DNA from: a virus
Lineage: Duplodnaviria; Caudoviricetes
Direction: 5' to 3' (one strand)
Length of the DNA stretch: 37,953 bases
IMG/VR virus record: IMGVR_UViG_3300006123_000846
Span: 1-37,953 of that record
Part shown: positions 36,392-37,953 of the stretch, piece by piece
Numbering within the stretch: position 1 is the stretch's first letter
Layout: every line of letters starts with the position of its first letter
Translations under genes and position numbers: made by a program
Notes under the pieces: model-generated
The model's input: the letters and a program-made list of their open reading frames with translations, nothing else
What the model was told of the DNA's origin: nothing
The model's database searches: none

Positions 36392-37590
36392 ATTGGTGTC
36401 ATTCCCAAGGTCATCAACAGTGCATCAACCTGAGGATTGTTGGTACGTTTGAATGTTTTGTCACCACTGTTGATTCGCAACATTTGACCTATCTGTTGCA
36501 TTTGTGCAGGAGTGACTCCTAGCGCACGTAATCTTTGTTGCATGACTGGTTTTACGGCTGCGGCACTGGCTATGCCGCCAGTGCGTGCCTGAGGATTGTT
36601 GTTTCTAATAGACTGGGCAACAGCTTGTACTCCAGCCACTGCTACTTGAAAATATTTTGCAACGGCTGCTGCCTGTTGTGCAGTGCCTCTGGTATTTACA
36701 ATTTGTTCCAAAGCAGTGTTCAATGCAGTGTCAATTTCTGGTAACTCTCTAACATCATCCATTTCTATTGTTTCGCCGGTGGTTGATTCACGTGTTTTGA
36801 GATGATCATCACTCCATGATATAAAAGCATCAGCATATTGATCTTCGTCTGGTGATACAGCTTCATGTATGGCGCCTTGCTGACGCAATTTAGCAATGAT
36901 GCTGGCATTTTTTGGATCGTTGGGATCTAATTTTTGTCCACCAATGCTGATAGGCTGATTCGAAACTGGTGTTTTCAACGGAGTAGTTGTAACTGTGCTA
37001 GGAGTGCCAGTGAGTTGTGCGGCGCCTGCTGCACCATAGTTAGGTGTCGGTGCTGCTTTTGGTGCAGGAGCAGGTGTGCTAGCAACCACAGTTGGTTCAG
37101 CTTTGGCCCAGGCCGCAACAAGACTTTGAATATACTGTTTGACTGCAGGATCTGTTTGAACTTTTTTCAGTTTGTCTTGCCAGTCAGCTGACGGTGCTTG
37201 ATATTGTGGCCCAAATCCTTGCTTGCTTAATTTTTGGGCAGCAACTTGTGCAGTTGATGCATAGCCGGGCGCTTTACCAAAAACCCCAGTGGATCTATCA
37301 TAGGCCCTGGTGGCAGGATTGTTGGTGACTGCTGATGCAACACTACTAGCGGCACTTTTGGCCGTAGGCCCAACTGCCGATGCAGTCTTGTTATAGATAT
37401 TTTTAGCCCCAGTTGCAGCAGACCCAGCAACATTTTTTATGTTTTTGCCAGCCTGTTTAACCCCTCGTATGATCTCTTGGTCAGTTGGTATCATACCTTT
37501 GATAGTATTGCCCATTGTGCCTGTTTTGTTTTTAAGACTATCCATGAACCCTTCGTTCAATGGGTGTTGTGTTAGTTCATGAATTTGCAT
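36388..37590 (-). CDS. Putative internal head protein, low complexity
   Basis: Starts MQIHELTQHPLNEG; Ala/Pro/Thr/Lys-rich; internal IHEA. Confidence 0.6.
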   Translation of the reverse strand: MQIHELTQHPLNEGFMDSLKNKTGTMGNTIKGMIPTDQEIIRGVKQAGKNIKNVAGSAATGAKNIYNKTASAVGPTAKSAASSVASAVTNNPATRAYDRSTGVFGKAPGYASTAQVAAQKLSKQGFGPQYQAPSADWQDKLKKVQTDPAVKQYIQSLVAAWAKAEPTVVASTPAPAPKAAPTPNYGAAGAAQLTGTPSTVTTTPLKTPVSNQPISIGGQKLDPNDPKNASIIAKLRQQGAIHEAVSPDEDQYADAFISWSDDHLKTRESTTGETIEMDDVRELPEIDTALNTALEQIVNTRGTAQQAAAVAKYFQVAVAGVQAVAQSIRNNNPQARTGGIASAAAVKPVMQQRLRALGVTPAQMQQIGQMLRINSGDKTFKRTNNPQVDALLMTLGMTPI

Positions 37591-37825
37591 CTGTGCGTCT
37601 CACTGTGCGGGTAAATTTTCCAGGATCTCTCAGTCTAATCGCATTAATCAATTTACGTTGCAGATTTTCTGCTTGTTCTGGAGTATAGCTAGAATCAATG
37701 TGTTCCAGTAATCGTATGGCACTGGTGATAATGTTGGCAGCACGATTTTCAATCACATGACGTTGATCGCGCTCAATGTACATTGAATCTAATTCTTCTA
37801 ATAGACTGCGTGTTTTCTTTTGCAT
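37577..37825 (-). CDS. Hypothetical protein
   Basis: MQKKTRSLLEEL...; TAAATA at 37847-37852. Confidence 0.75.
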   Translation of the reverse strand: MQKKTRSLLEELDSMYIERDQRHVIENRAANIITSAIRLLEHIDSSYTPEQAENLQRKLINAIRLRDPGKFTRTVRRTDANS

Positions 37826-37910
37826 TTTTTGCCAGAACCTTTGGATTATTTATTGAAATTTAGATTATATAAGAATTACTGCACATGTAGATAGCAGTTA
37901 AATATGTGTT

Positions 37911-37953
37911 ATGAATGATTATTTTTGTGTATTGCCGTTTTTTTCTTATGAAG
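37911..37953 (+). CDS. Start of a gene running off the window, possibly radical SAM/SPASM-type
   Basis: TAAATA at 37899-37904, then MNDYFCVLPFFSYE. FCxLPF N-termini are common in phage radical-SAM/twitch proteins, but only 14 codons are visible. Confidence 0.35.
   Translation, partial: MNDYFCVLPFFSYE

Noticed and set aside
243-37433. Many short ORF-track entries antisense to or nested in confident genes (for example 243..431, 433..669, 962..1363, 14336..14692, 15139..15504, 17425..17802, 22710..23123, 34968..35315)
   Set aside because: They are shadow frames without recognisable motifs and overlap better-supported genes.

Overview
This window is part of a large tailed-phage genome (T4-like/jumbo-like myovirus). 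It is very gene-dense and mostly on the minus strand, and I saw no tRNA, rRNA or CRISPR array. Host-like genes (DUF3579-type protein, DesA-type desaturase, IscU/IscA, S11 peptidase) suggest a betaproteobacterial host, which is an inference. From the start, it contains: (i) a partial fatty-acid desaturase preceded by four unannotated, coupled micro-ORFs; (ii) UvsE; (iii) a putative modification cluster of a 2OG-Fe(II) oxygenase, an amidinotransferase, a fibre-like protein, a Maf-like transferase and a divergent GT-like gene; (iv) a D-Ala-D-Ala peptidase and a metallophosphoesterase; (v) a clpX-rpsU(bS21)-hsp20-clpS proteostasis/translation module with a ROSE-like thermometer; (vi) DNA ligase, lipoproteins and small early genes behind near-consensus sigma70 promoters, three of which have a GTGTTG-N8-CAACAC palindrome; (vii) PAAR/baseplate-like genes; (viii) nrdA (broken by a 1-nt frameshift), nrdB and glutaredoxin; (ix) a beta-helix tail protein, a PD-(D/E)XK nuclease and iscA/iscU; (x) probable head-packaged proteins, including a Pol-beta-type nucleotidyltransferase fused to a ligase-like domain. 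TAAATA late-promoter motifs precede many genes. All assignments come from motif recognition by eye; no database searches were run.
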